Positions 54,209-63,784 of a stretch of DNA of 64,000 bases are shown here, piece after piece (the first letter of the stretch is position 1; every line of letters begins with the position of its first letter). The translations under genes and the position numbers were made by a program. The stretch is from Dehalococcoidia bacterium (GTDB taxonomy: Bacteria; Chloroflexota; Dehalococcoidia; Lucifugimonadales; UBA2962): contig OZ244723.1 in assembly GCA_965219325.1 (NCBI GenBank), positions 1,130,158-1,194,157 of the forward strand. The letters are read 5' to 3'. The notes below the pieces were generated by a model that was not told where the DNA came from, searched no databases, and was given only the letters and a program-made list of their open reading frames with translations.

Positions 54209-55044
54209 CGGCGCCGGATCCTTCCCTCACGGTCATCAGCCTGGGCGGAGGCGTGCAGTCCTCTGTCATGGCCCTGATGGCAAGCGAAGGCGCATTCGAC
54301 AGGATTCCCGACTGCGCCATCTTCGCCGACACCGGGTGGGAGCCTCCCAGCATCTATGAACACCTCGACTGGCTCTCAGGCCGGCTCCGGTTTCCGCTCC
54401 ACATCGTGGACAATGGCCGGAGTCTGCGTGACGACACCAGGGCCCTCACCAACCACTCGGACTCTCTCAACTACGTAGACATCCCCGTGTATCTCAGGGG
54501 ACGCGACGGTCAGGCCGACGGCATAGGCAGGCGCCAGTGCACCCAGAACTACAAGATCAGGCCGGTCCGGACCATGATCCGCGAGCTGTTGGGGGTGGGG
54601 AAGGGAGAGCGGGTTCCGGCCGGCACCACTGTCGAGTTGTGGCTCGGCATTTCGACCGACGAGTTCAGCCGCACACGCCCATCTCGCGAGCGGTGGATGC
54701 ACAACCGCTATCCGCTGATCGAGGCGCGGATGTCGCGGCGGGACTGCACGGACTGGTGGGAGGCGCGTTACGACAGGCCGCTGGAGAGATCGGCATGCGT
54801 GGCCTGTCCCTACCAGTCACGCAAGCGGTGGGTGGAGACGATGCACAGATGGCCCGAGCTGTTCGCCGAGGCTGTGGAGATTGACGCCAGGATGCGTGGC
54901 AGGCTGGCGTTTGCGAAGGAGCCGTACCTTCATCCCCGCCGTATACCGCTGGCCGAGGCGGTGAAGCTTGACGAGGCGGAAGTCGGCGCAGGCGGGCAGG
55001 CCGACGGCTTTGGCAACGAGTGCGAGGGGCACTGCGGAGTCTGA
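54205..55044 (+). CDS. PAPS-reductase/PP-loop family protein (phage/ICE type)
   Basis: N-terminal PP-loop-like VISLGGGVQSSVMAL. C-terminal Cys pair CVACPYQS. Confidence 0.65.
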   Translation: MTAPDPSLTVISLGGGVQSSVMALMASEGAFDRIPDCAIFADTGWEPPSIYEHLDWLSGRLRFPLHIVDNGRSLRDDTRALTNHSDSLNYVDIPVYLRGRDGQADGIGRRQCTQNYKIRPVRTMIRELLGVGKGERVPAGTTVELWLGISTDEFSRTRPSRERWMHNRYPLIEARMSRRDCTDWWEARYDRPLERSACVACPYQSRKRWVETMHRWPELFAEAVEIDARMRGRLAFAKEPYLHPRRIPLAEAVKLDEAEVGAGGQADGFGNECEGHCGV

Positions 55045-55184
55045 AAGGTCCGACAGGGTTTTGACCTTCGTTCACGACCCCCGCTAAGATGCTGGGAGCA
55101 GGTGGCCCGGCGATGCGGCAAACATCCCGGGCCGTGACACCACCTGAAAGAGGCAGGTGATGCGAACGGGATTGTAATGCGCAA

Positions 55185-55220
55185 AGACCCGCTTCCGACA
55201 GGTGGCGGGTCTTTTTGTTT
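55185..55220 (+). terminator. rho-independent terminator
   Basis: AGACCCGC, a 12-nt loop, then GCGGGTCT followed by TTTTGTTT. Confidence 0.7.
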
Positions 55221-55251
55221 CGTGCGAATGTGAATCGGCAGGAGGCGAACC

Positions 55252-56865
55252 TTGACGGAAAAGGGAAAAGCGAACGCGGAGCCGAATCGCGCGGCGGTCT
55301 ACGCCCGGGTGTCGGACAAGAGCCAGGCTGCCGAGGACAGGACCTCCATCTCGGAGCAGGTCGCGGACATGGAGGCGTACTGCGAGCGCAGGGGGCTGAC
55401 CATCGTCGCGCGCTACCAGGAGGTGGGCAGGGGCTGGTCGAAGAAGCGTCCTGAGTTCCAGAGGATGCTCGAGGAAGCCCGCCAGGGGCGATTCGACACG
55501 ATCGTTTGCTGGAAGTCGGACCGTCTAAGTCGGGGAGTATACCCGGCCGCGGTGCTCATGGAGGTGGTCGAGGCCTACGGTATCACCATCGAGTCGGTGA
55601 TGGACTCCATGGACATGAAGTACTTCGGGCTGATGGCAGCGATCGGCAAGATCGAGATCGACAACTTTCGCGAGCGTGCGTCGATGGGCAAGCGGGGAGC
55701 GGCCAAGCGGGGGCGCATACCGATCGGGGGGTTGCCCTACGGATATCGCAACGGGGAGGACGGGAAGGCCGAGGTGGAGGAGACGGAGGCGGCCGTCGTC
55801 GGGCGCATCTTTCGCCAGTACGTGCATGAGGGCGTGGGTACGCGAACGATCGCCCGGATGCTGGAGGATGACGGAGTACGTCCTCACCAGGGCGGGAGGC
55901 GGTGGCACCAGTCCCATGTCTATCGCATCCTGGGGAACGAGACCTACAGGGGAGTGTGGAACTACGGCCAGACGCGTACGACGAGGACAGATCAGGGCAA
56001 GAAGGTTCGTAATCGGCCGCGCGAGACCTGGATATCGGTGGCGGTGCCGCCACTGGTGGACGAGGAGACATGGGACCGCGCCCAGAGGCTCAAGAAGGAA
56101 CGCCTGAGGGGCTCAAGGCGGAACACGAAGGTCTTCTATCTTCTACAGCACATGATGAGGTGCGCCGAGTGCGGGACGCTGCTTGGGGCCAGGTCCACCT
56201 GGACCACGACCAGAACGCGCAACGGCAAAAGGCAGCGCTACAGGATGCCCAGTCCCCGCCGGTACTACTGCTGCTACGGCTCGGCTCGACGTGTGACCTG
56301 TCGTGAGCGATCACACATCAGGGCGGAGCAGTTGGAGGGATTGGTGTGGCGCGAGGTGAGCGAGGTGCTGAGAAACCCCGAACTGATCCTGTCCGGCATC
56401 GATGTGGTTGATTCGGTGGCGGGCAACGGGGTGGCTGAGAAGGCGGTCAGCGTAGAGCGTGAGCTGCGGACGGTCCAGAGACAGGAGGACCGGGCGATCG
56501 ACCTGTATGTGGCGGGCAGGATAGACGAGCGGCAGTTCGAGCGGCAGCGTGGGCGGATCACCGAAAGGCTTGATGTCCTGCGGACGAAGCTGGAGCATAT
56601 CCGCGTCCAGGAGGCAACCGCCGCCGACAGGCGGCTGGCGGCGGAGAACATCATCGCCTGGATGGATAAGATCGGGAATGACCTGGACGAGCTTGCTCCC
56701 GAGGAGCGCAGAGAGATCCTGATGACGATCGTTGAGGGGATCACCGTGGACCGGCACAACAGGGTGGATATCGCCCTGGCCGTGCCGACCGGGGAGGCGT
56801 TGTCGATTGATTCTCAGTCATCGACATGTCCGGCTATTCGTTCACGCCCGACGAGGCCACCCTAA
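55252..56865 (+). CDS. large serine recombinase (integrase of the element)
   Basis: TTG start after GGAGG. Resolvase-type N-terminus AAVYARVSDKSQ...ICWKSDRLSRG, a recombinase domain, a Cys-rich zinc-ribbon region (CAECG...CCYG) and a coiled-coil tail. Confidence 0.9.
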   Translation: MTEKGKANAEPNRAAVYARVSDKSQAAEDRTSISEQVADMEAYCERRGLTIVARYQEVGRGWSKKRPEFQRMLEEARQGRFDTIVCWKSDRLSRGVYPAAVLMEVVEAYGITIESVMDSMDMKYFGLMAAIGKIEIDNFRERASMGKRGAAKRGRIPIGGLPYGYRNGEDGKAEVEETEAAVVGRIFRQYVHEGVGTRTIARMLEDDGVRPHQGGRRWHQSHVYRILGNETYRGVWNYGQTRTTRTDQGKKVRNRPRETWISVAVPPLVDEETWDRAQRLKKERLRGSRRNTKVFYLLQHMMRCAECGTLLGARSTWTTTRTRNGKRQRYRMPSPRRYYCCYGSARRVTCRERSHIRAEQLEGLVWREVSEVLRNPELILSGIDVVDSVAGNGVAEKAVSVERELRTVQRQEDRAIDLYVAGRIDERQFERQRGRITERLDVLRTKLEHIRVQEATAADRRLAAENIIAWMDKIGNDLDELAPEERREILMTIVEGITVDRHNRVDIALAVPTGEALSIDSQSSTCPAIRSRPTRPP

Positions 56866-57782
56866 GGGGCCTGTGGGACCGGCCCTACACGATGGACATG
56901 GTTGGAACCTACCAGCGCATCGTCTGGTTCAACCGCGATCTCATGCAGCTCTACAGCGAGCAGGAGGCCCTAGGCGAGGTGAGACGCTTCATGCTCGCCG
57001 GGGGTGGAACCGTGGTCGACACGACCAACTGGGACCTCGGGCGCAGCCCGGGGACCCTGGCCCGCATCTCCCGCGCGACCGGGCTGAACATCGTCATGGG
57101 CTGCAGCCACTACGTTCCCCTGCTGCGCCCGCCCGACATGGACGAGCGCACGGAGGAATCCATATGCGATCGCATCGTGGCCGACATCACCGTCGGAGTG
57201 GGTGATACGGGCATAAAGTCGGGGGTGATCGGCGAGGTCGGCAACGTGCACCCGCTGGACGACAATCAGCGCAAGGTCCTGCGTGCCTCCGCCCAGGCCC
57301 ATCTGGATACCGGCGCCCCGATCTCGATACACCCCGGCGGCGTGGACGAATCTCCCATGGCCATCTTGGAGGTCCTGGCTGAGGCGGGCGTCGACCTTAC
57401 ACGGGTGATCATGGGCCACCTCGATTTCGCGGTCCGCGATAACGCGGTCCTAAAGTCGGTCGCAGAGACCGGGTGCTTTCTGGAGTACGACACCGTCGGC
57501 GCGGAGGACAGCGGAATGAGCTACATGGGGGCCGAGCTCCGGATGCCCACCGACGGCGAGCGGCTCTCGGCACTGGACTTCCTGATGGAGGAGGGATACG
57601 GGGACCGAATACTGCTCGCCCAGGACGTGTGCTTTAAGAAGATGCACGTGGCCAGCGGCGGCAAGGGCTTTGCGCACATAGTCGAGTCGATCGTGCCGCG
57701 CCTGCGAAAGCGCGGCTATACCCAGGACCAGATCGACGGCTTTCTGGTAAGGAACCCCGCCGCTGCATTGGCCTTCAGCTAG
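56826..57782 (+). CDS. phosphotriesterase-family (PTE/PHP-like) hydrolase, apparently 5'-truncated
   Basis: Has GEVG, APISIHPGG, IMGHLD and LLAQDVC metal-ligand blocks but lacks the N-terminal HxH block. The frame is closed by a stop at 56808, inside the recombinase 3' end. Confidence 0.7.
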   Translation: MSGYSFTPDEATLRGLWDRPYTMDMVGTYQRIVWFNRDLMQLYSEQEALGEVRRFMLAGGGTVVDTTNWDLGRSPGTLARISRATGLNIVMGCSHYVPLLRPPDMDERTEESICDRIVADITVGVGDTGIKSGVIGEVGNVHPLDDNQRKVLRASAQAHLDTGAPISIHPGGVDESPMAILEVLAEAGVDLTRVIMGHLDFAVRDNAVLKSVAETGCFLEYDTVGAEDSGMSYMGAELRMPTDGERLSALDFLMEEGYGDRILLAQDVCFKKMHVASGGKGFAHIVESIVPRLRKRGYTQDQIDGFLVRNPAAALAFS

Positions 57783-58121
57783 AGATACCGGCCCCTGCTG
57801 TCGGTCTCCCACAGGCGAGCGGAGAACCCAGTTCGCCCGACCGCCTAGCGCCTGCTTCGCAAGACCTCCCGACTGTCGCGTCTACTCGACGATGGGTAAC
57901 CAATCGGCAAGCAAAGTGGCGATACTCGTGGCGTTCGAAACTTGGTGGATCTACTTAGGTAGTTGTGCCGATTCTTGCTTTCCAAGAGCTAGTGTGTGTC
58001 AGGACTAAGGATTCAAGATGCGCTGGAGTCAGCCCCGTTGCGTTGGAGGAACCGGTGGCGACGAACCTGGGTCGCCCTAGTAGCACCTAGTAAAGGGTGA
58101 GAGTAATTGATTAGCGGGGTG

Positions 58122-59640
58122 TTAGTACTACTTTGTTAGATCATGGTGGGCGGTTTCGAGGACGCATGAGATCTTCGATGACCTGGGAGAACATCCGCTC
58201 AAGTACCAGTCGTCTGATCGATGCCAGGCTCTGACGCTGCTGTGGGGGGGGAACCCCCGGGTCGGCCCCGGCACTTCCGTCGATCTGTGGTCCTCGCCGA
58301 GGCCGGAGGGTTCGTGCTCTTCGATGTCCGATCCGTAGTCCTGGAGGAGTGCCAGGTAACAGTGGGCCAGCATGCACAGCGCCACATGGCGGTGGAACCC
58401 GGACCATAGCCTGCCCTCGTAGTCGTCGAGTCCCACCTCACCCTTCGCGTCCTGGTAGAAGCGCTCGATTATCCAGCGGCTGTGAGCCAGCTCGACAATA
58501 TCCTCCAGGCCCACCCGGTCCATTCCCCAGGCGAAGTGGTACTTGACTTCTCCACGATCTCCATCCACGGGACGTTCGCCGATCAGCCACCCCACGGACG
58601 ACAGGTGTGTCCCGCGATACCCTGCTCGATACACTCTTGTCCTGGTGCACAGCTTGCGCAGAACGCCCCTGGTTCCCTTCCTCCAGGCGACGATGCGCCA
58701 ACTGTCCTGCTCAAGTCCTTCCAGTAAGGAACTGGCGTCTTTGACGGGTACCCTGTCCTCGAGCCGCTTCGCTTTTCTCGGGCGACCGATGCCACGATAC
58801 GGCGGAGGAGGTTCATCCCCCGGATACCGCTCAACTTGATCTGCGATACGGAACCGGGCGATGGATGGCACACCTACGACATACGGCAGCCGTCGATCTT
58901 CAAGGCCGTCCAAAAAGGGTGGCTGATCGCCATAGCCCGCATCCGCCACCACCGCCCTCGTCCGTACGCCGGCATCCATCCCGGCATCTATCAGTCCCAG
59001 GGCGATCTCACCCTTGGTCTCAAAGGCCAACCCCGCAGGCACCCCGGCCACAGACCTGCGCTCGCCATCCTCGACCCAGGACTGTGGAAGATACACCCGG
59101 GACGTGAGCGGCCAGTCATACACCCGGTCCACATAGTGGGTCGACACCAGCACCTCGCAGTTGTCCACACGACCCAGGGTTCCCGAGTACTGACGCGCTA
59201 CTCCAACCGACTGGCTCCCCTTCTTGGCGATGCCGGTGTCGTCCACGATCTGAACGCCCCCACCCACGCTGGCATGAACCATCATGTGCCCGATCCTGAG
59301 CCGGTCCATCTCCTGCGGGTCCCATCTCGTCCGGGTCAGAAACTCCTGCAGACGCTGCGAGTTGGTTCCCGCAACCGCCCTGCCAATCTCCGATGCGGTC
59401 TTGCGCCGAAGGTCTGACAGGAGCCCCGTCGTGTAGCGCTCCATCGCGTGCCGACTCTCCGCCCTGCGCACCAGCGAGCCGAACGGCCTCAGAAACTCGT
59501 CAAGGTCATCCAGGGGTGAGGCCGCAGCCTTCAAGATCGTCATCGCGCCTCTCCGTCAAATGGTGCGATAACAACCTGCCACCACGACTCTCACTATCAC
59601 CAGCTCTTCTGAGGTCTCTATCTAACAAAATAGTATTAGA
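58122..59640 (-). mobile_element. IS701-family insertion sequence (about 1.5 kb), apparently intact
   Basis: Imperfect terminal inverted repeats TTAGTACTACTTTGTTAGAT (58122-58141) and ATCTAACAAAATAGTATTAGA (59620-59640). Flanked on both sides by CGGGGTG (58115-58121 and 59641-59647). Confidence 0.8.
58128..59543 (-). CDS. IS701-family DDE transposase (471 aa)
   Basis: ..VQIVDDTGIAKKGSQSVGVARQYSGTLGRVDNCEVLV.. is the hallmark block of IS701/IS4-like transposases. Confidence 0.85.
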   Translation of the reverse strand: MTILKAAASPLDDLDEFLRPFGSLVRRAESRHAMERYTTGLLSDLRRKTASEIGRAVAGTNSQRLQEFLTRTRWDPQEMDRLRIGHMMVHASVGGGVQIVDDTGIAKKGSQSVGVARQYSGTLGRVDNCEVLVSTHYVDRVYDWPLTSRVYLPQSWVEDGERRSVAGVPAGLAFETKGEIALGLIDAGMDAGVRTRAVVADAGYGDQPPFLDGLEDRRLPYVVGVPSIARFRIADQVERYPGDEPPPPYRGIGRPRKAKRLEDRVPVKDASSLLEGLEQDSWRIVAWRKGTRGVLRKLCTRTRVYRAGYRGTHLSSVGWLIGERPVDGDRGEVKYHFAWGMDRVGLEDIVELAHSRWIIERFYQDAKGEVGLDDYEGRLWSGFHRHVALCMLAHCYLALLQDYGSDIEEHEPSGLGEDHRSTEVPGPTRGFPPHSSVRAWHRSDDWYLSGCSPRSSKISCVLETAHHDLTK

Positions 59641-59816
59641 CGGGGTGGCGGTGTCAGACTCGATGGTGAGGGTGCGAACGGGTCGGAGGACACCCGTATA
59701 GTTGGCCTGCTGTGGGCGCGCTGTGGGCGCGATGCCAATGGCAGGGATACGTGTGGATCTGAGCGATTCGATGCCCGTGTAGGGGTTGTGGTGGTGGATG
59801 GGAGATATCTTAGGCT

Positions 59817-60098
59817 TTGGGTATGTGTGAGGCCAAAGCCTTCCCTCCCTGTGAACGCGACGAGCTGATGGCGTTGGTCAAGAGGCTGCAGGGACAGAAC
59901 GCCCAGTTGCAACGGCAGGTTGCCCAGTTGGCGGCGGCCAACGAACGGTTGAGCAAGCAACTCGCAGAGCTGCAGCGAGCCGGAAAGCGTCAGGCGGCTC
60001 CGTTCTCCAAGGGCAGGCGGACCTCCAGCCCCAGGCGGCCTGGGCTCGGGCCAGATTGCCAAGCCGATGGGCGCTTGCGCGAAGACACCCAGGAGTGA
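59817..60098 (+). pseudogene. N-terminal coiled-coil fragment of an IS66-like transposase
   Basis: ..LQGQNAQLQRQVAQLAAANERLSKQLAELQRAGKRQAAPFSKG... then no catalytic domain. It runs into the SDR gene. Confidence 0.4.
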
Positions 60099-60103
60099 AG
60101 GAA

Positions 60104-60925
60104 GTGAGCGGTGAGCGGCTACCAGAGTTTTCACTCGACGGCCGCGTCGCCCTGGTTACCGGCGGGGGCCGGGGCATCGGACGTGCCATCGCCTCGACGC
60201 TGGCGGAGGCTGGCGCTGACGTCGCCGTGGCCGCCCGAACCCGCTCTGAGATAGATTCGGTGGCGGACGAGATACGGGCGCTCGGCCGCCGGTCCGTTGC
60301 CATTCCCACCGACGTCTGTGTCTCCTCCGAGGTGGACGCGATGGTGGCGATGGCGGAGCGTGAGCTAGGGCCGTTGGACATCCTCGTCAACAACGCCGGA
60401 GCCCACATCACGGTGCCCCTAGTACCGATACCCGGCCGTCCGCTGGGGCCGCCGCAAGTAAGCCGCGTCGCCGATCACCCGTTAACGAACGGGGAGTGGG
60501 ATTTGATCTACACCACCAACGTCAACTCCGTAATGTTCGGCTGCCGCGCCGTCGCGCCAGGCATGCTGGACAGGCGCTACGGCAAGATCATCAATATCTC
60601 GTCCAGAACCGCACAGCAGGCCGTCGAGTACGCGGCCCCGTACAACGCTTCCAAGGCCGCGGTCAACATGCTTACCCGGGTACTCGCGCTGGAGTGGGCA
60701 TCCTACGGCATCCGGGTAAACGCCATCGGCCCGGGCGATTTCAAGACCCAAATGAACCCCCTGGACGACCCCCGTGAGCGTGACCGCATGATGGCCCGCG
60801 TCCCCTTGGGCGTGGCGGGGAGCCTGCGGGACCTCGGCCTCTTGGCGGTCTACCTGGCCAGCCCCGCGTCCGACTACATGACCGGTCAGGTGGTCTACCT
60901 GGACGGCGGCGATACCGCAAGATGA
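60104..60925 (+). CDS. short-chain dehydrogenase/reductase (SDR)
   Basis: VALVTGGGRGIG, NNAG, YNASKAAV. GTG start after AGGAG is proposed. Confidence 0.85.
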   Translation: MSGERLPEFSLDGRVALVTGGGRGIGRAIASTLAEAGADVAVAARTRSEIDSVADEIRALGRRSVAIPTDVCVSSEVDAMVAMAERELGPLDILVNNAGAHITVPLVPIPGRPLGPPQVSRVADHPLTNGEWDLIYTTNVNSVMFGCRAVAPGMLDRRYGKIINISSRTAQQAVEYAAPYNASKAAVNMLTRVLALEWASYGIRVNAIGPGDFKTQMNPLDDPRERDRMMARVPLGVAGSLRDLGLLAVYLASPASDYMTGQVVYLDGGDTAR

Positions 60926-61082
60926 CTTACCTAGACCTGCTCAATACCGACCGAGTGCCAGGCGTGTCGACGACGGCATCGCCTCGCGTGCACGACCCAA
61001 AAGGGGACCGGCCTCGGCGTGTGGTACCGCATCGTCAAGCAGCAAAGCGGCGATCTGTGGGCCCGGCGCCGGTGGTGGGATA

Positions 61083-62159
61083 CTAGTCAACCTGCCCCCG
61101 CGACGGCGTACCGCCGGGGACGGGCGCCTGTGCGGAGATCAGACCTTCGACCTTCATCTCCGTCCACACGTCCGCCGGGATGGGAAGGGTCGCCATCACC
61201 GCGTTCTCCTCCGCCTCCGCCGCACTGCGAGCGCCCGGCACGGTGGACACGACCGCCGGGTGGGCGATGCCGAACTGGAGCGCTGCCGCCTTCAGCGGGA
61301 CGCCGTGCCGGTCACAAACGGCCTTAAGGGCACGCGCCCGGCCGACCACTTCACCGGATGCCCTCTGGTAGTTGTGTCGTGCGCCGACGTCCGTCTCGAC
61401 GTCTGGGTCGGAGGCCAGCAGCCCGCTGGCATAGGGAGCGCCGAGGAATACACCGATGTTCCGCTCGGTGCAGAACGGCAGCAGATCATTGAGCGCGCTG
61501 TGATCGAGCAGGTTGTACCGCATGGCTATGAGGACGCAGTCGTATTTGCCATGCTCCGCCATCTCGATGAACTTGTAACTGTTGTCTACGCCCGCGCCAA
61601 TGGCCCGCACCGTGCCGTCGGCGCGAAGCTCCTCGAGCGCAGCGTAGGCCTCGGTCGTGATCGTGTCTTTGACCTCTTTCCATTCTTTCGCCGGAGCGGG
61701 GTCGTGGACCAGGACGACATCGATACGGTCGAGGCCCAGGCGGCCCAAACTCTCTTCGATCGACCGGAGAACACCGTCACGCGAGTAGTCGAGGTGCTCG
61801 AACGCCGGAGGTAGGTCGGAGAAGGGGGGGGGGTAGTCGGTCCCCTCTCGCTCCGGCGCATCGACCAGTAGCCGCCCCACCTTGGTGGACAGCACGAACG
61901 AGTCGCGGTCGACCGTGCTCAGCACCGAGCCCACGACGGCCTCGCTGCGGCCGAAGCCATACCCGGGTGCGGTGTCAAAAAAGTTGACCCCGACGCCGAG
62001 GGCGGCACGTATGGCCCCCGCCGCCGCGTCAGGGTCGAAAGTCGTGTACATGCCGGCCAGGCCGGAGCCGCCCTGGCCCATGGCGGTTACGTCCAGGCCA
62101 GTGTTGCCGATACGCCGCTTCTCTAACTTCGACATTCGCCGCTCGATCGATTCGGTCAC
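61083..62159 (-). CDS. aldo/keto reductase family oxidoreductase
   Basis: ..IGNTGLDVTAMGQG...FFDTAPGYGFGRSE..VG....STKVGR.. Confidence 0.8.
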   Translation of the reverse strand: MTESIERRMSKLEKRRIGNTGLDVTAMGQGGSGLAGMYTTFDPDAAAGAIRAALGVGVNFFDTAPGYGFGRSEAVVGSVLSTVDRDSFVLSTKVGRLLVDAPEREGTDYPPPFSDLPPAFEHLDYSRDGVLRSIEESLGRLGLDRIDVVLVHDPAPAKEWKEVKDTITTEAYAALEELRADGTVRAIGAGVDNSYKFIEMAEHGKYDCVLIAMRYNLLDHSALNDLLPFCTERNIGVFLGAPYASGLLASDPDVETDVGARHNYQRASGEVVGRARALKAVCDRHGVPLKAAALQFGIAHPAVVSTVPGARSAAEAEENAVMATLPIPADVWTEMKVEGLISAQAPVPGGTPSRGQVD

Positions 62160-62173
62160 TTCACTTTGCGTGC

Positions 62174-63082
62174 ATGAATGGCAGTATATCGACTGTTATA
62201 GTGGCCGGGAACAGGGGGATTGAAGTGACCGAATCGATCGACATGACCGGGCAAGTGGCCCTGGTGACCGGCGCCAGCCGTGGGCTGGGCCGCGAGTTCG
62301 CCCAGGCGATAGCTGGAGCCGGAGCCACGGTGGCGCTGGTGGCCCGTTCGGAGTCGGGTCTAAAAGAGACGGCGGCGGCGATAGAGGCCGTCGGTGGCCG
62401 GACCATTGCCCTGGCCTGCGACGTGGCCGACCAAGACTCGGTGCGGGCGACCGCGCAAGAGGCCGAGCAACGGCTGGGCCCGCTTAACGTGCTGGTCAAC
62501 AACGCGGGCGTTGCGGGACCGACGGGCCATGACTGGGAGCTCGACCCGGCCGAGTGGTGGCGGGTATTCGAGGTCAACGTGCTGGGTCAGTTCTACTTCG
62601 CCCAGGCGGCCATGCCCGGCATGGTGGCTCGCGGCCGCGGCCGCGTGGTCAACGTCTCCAGCGCCGCGGCCGGATTCCCCAGCCCGGGTTACTCCGCCTA
62701 CTGCGCCGCCAAGGCCGCACTCACCTTTTGGACCGAGTGTTTGGCGGGCTCGGCTGCCCACTACGGTGTTACGGTCATGGCCTACCACCCCGGCACTGTG
62801 AGGACTGACATGACCGAGTACTCGGCGGCCCGGCCGGATACGAAAGTCGGCAACCCCATCGTCGACTACATACGCGACGCGTTCGCCGCCGGCACGGACG
62901 ACTCGATGGAGGACGCGGTGGAGCGGCTTTTGCAGGTTGCGGCCGGAGTCTATGACGCCCTCCCGGGCCGCCAGATCGGGGTCAACGACCCGCCCGAGTT
63001 GCTGCTGCCTAGGGCCGCCGAGATCGAGGAGCGCGGCCTCTACGCCGTCCGCATCAACGATCTCGAAGGAGGCTACGCGTGA
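62174..63082 (+). CDS. short-chain dehydrogenase/reductase (SDR); true start may be ATG 62243
   Basis: VALVTGASRGLG, NNAGV, YCAAKAAL. Confidence 0.8.
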   Translation: MNGSISTVIVAGNRGIEVTESIDMTGQVALVTGASRGLGREFAQAIAGAGATVALVARSESGLKETAAAIEAVGGRTIALACDVADQDSVRATAQEAEQRLGPLNVLVNNAGVAGPTGHDWELDPAEWWRVFEVNVLGQFYFAQAAMPGMVARGRGRVVNVSSAAAGFPSPGYSAYCAAKAALTFWTECLAGSAAHYGVTVMAYHPGTVRTDMTEYSAARPDTKVGNPIVDYIRDAFAAGTDDSMEDAVERLLQVAAGVYDALPGRQIGVNDPPELLLPRAAEIEERGLYAVRINDLEGGYA

Positions 63083-63182
63083 ACGTCAACCCGGAAGTCG
63101 GCTCCTGGTTCGCCGAAGCCGAGTTGGTGTTTCGGGAGTAGTTCGACCCTCACCGGTCTCCACTACTCTGTAACTGGACAGG

Positions 63183-63704
63183 CTAGGTGCCGAGCGGTCT
63201 GGTCAGCCACAGTTGGCGACCGCCGCTCAGTTCGGCAGCCGGGCCGCCGCCGCAGGAGAATCCTAGACTCTCGTAAAGGGCAATCGCTGGGCCGTTTCGC
63301 TCGTTGGTGTCGAGCGTTACGAGCGAGCATCCTCGGGCCCGGGCCCTCTCCACAGCCGCCTCTACCAGCCGTCCGCCAAGACCGCGGCGCCGACTCCCGC
63401 TTGCCACGAACAGATCCTCAATATACGCCTCGCCACCCGTGGTCCAGATGTCGCGGCGGTATCGCTGCTGCAGGAACCCGGCGCACGCCCCGCCCTCGTC
63501 GAAGGCCACCAGGTAGTCGGTGTCCGGGTCGTCGATCAGGCCGGCGATCCTCTCGGCGAACTCGGCCCGGGAGGGCTGCCGGCGCCCAAGTTCACGCCGA
63601 AACGCGTCGGCCATGGCCGAGATGCACGGCACGTCTGCCTCTGCGCCCAACCTGATGTGAAAGCCGTCGTCCAAGTTTCGATTCTGGCCTGCGTTTCTCT
63701 CCAT
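63183..63704 (-). CDS. GNAT-family N-acetyltransferase
   Basis: ..YIEDLFVASGSRRRGLGGRLVEAAVERARARGCSLVTLDTNERNGPAIALYESLGF.. Internal ATG at 63704 chosen as start. Confidence 0.8.
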   Translation of the reverse strand: MERNAGQNRNLDDGFHIRLGAEADVPCISAMADAFRRELGRRQPSRAEFAERIAGLIDDPDTDYLVAFDEGGACAGFLQQRYRRDIWTTGGEAYIEDLFVASGSRRRGLGGRLVEAAVERARARGCSLVTLDTNERNGPAIALYESLGFSCGGGPAAELSGGRQLWLTRPLGT

Positions 63705-63784
63705 TAGCCCTGCGGTCCGGCGGCTGTATAATAGCCGACCGCAGGCGACCTCGCCGTCGCCGCGGCAGACTGGAGGAGGGATGG

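Noticed and set aside
61824-61833. G10 run (C10 on the coding strand) inside the aldo/keto reductase gene.
   Set aside because: It encodes Pro-Pro-Pro within an intact ORF (..DYPPPFSD..). There is no sign of frameshift, so a phase-variation role in a housekeeping-type gene is not supported.
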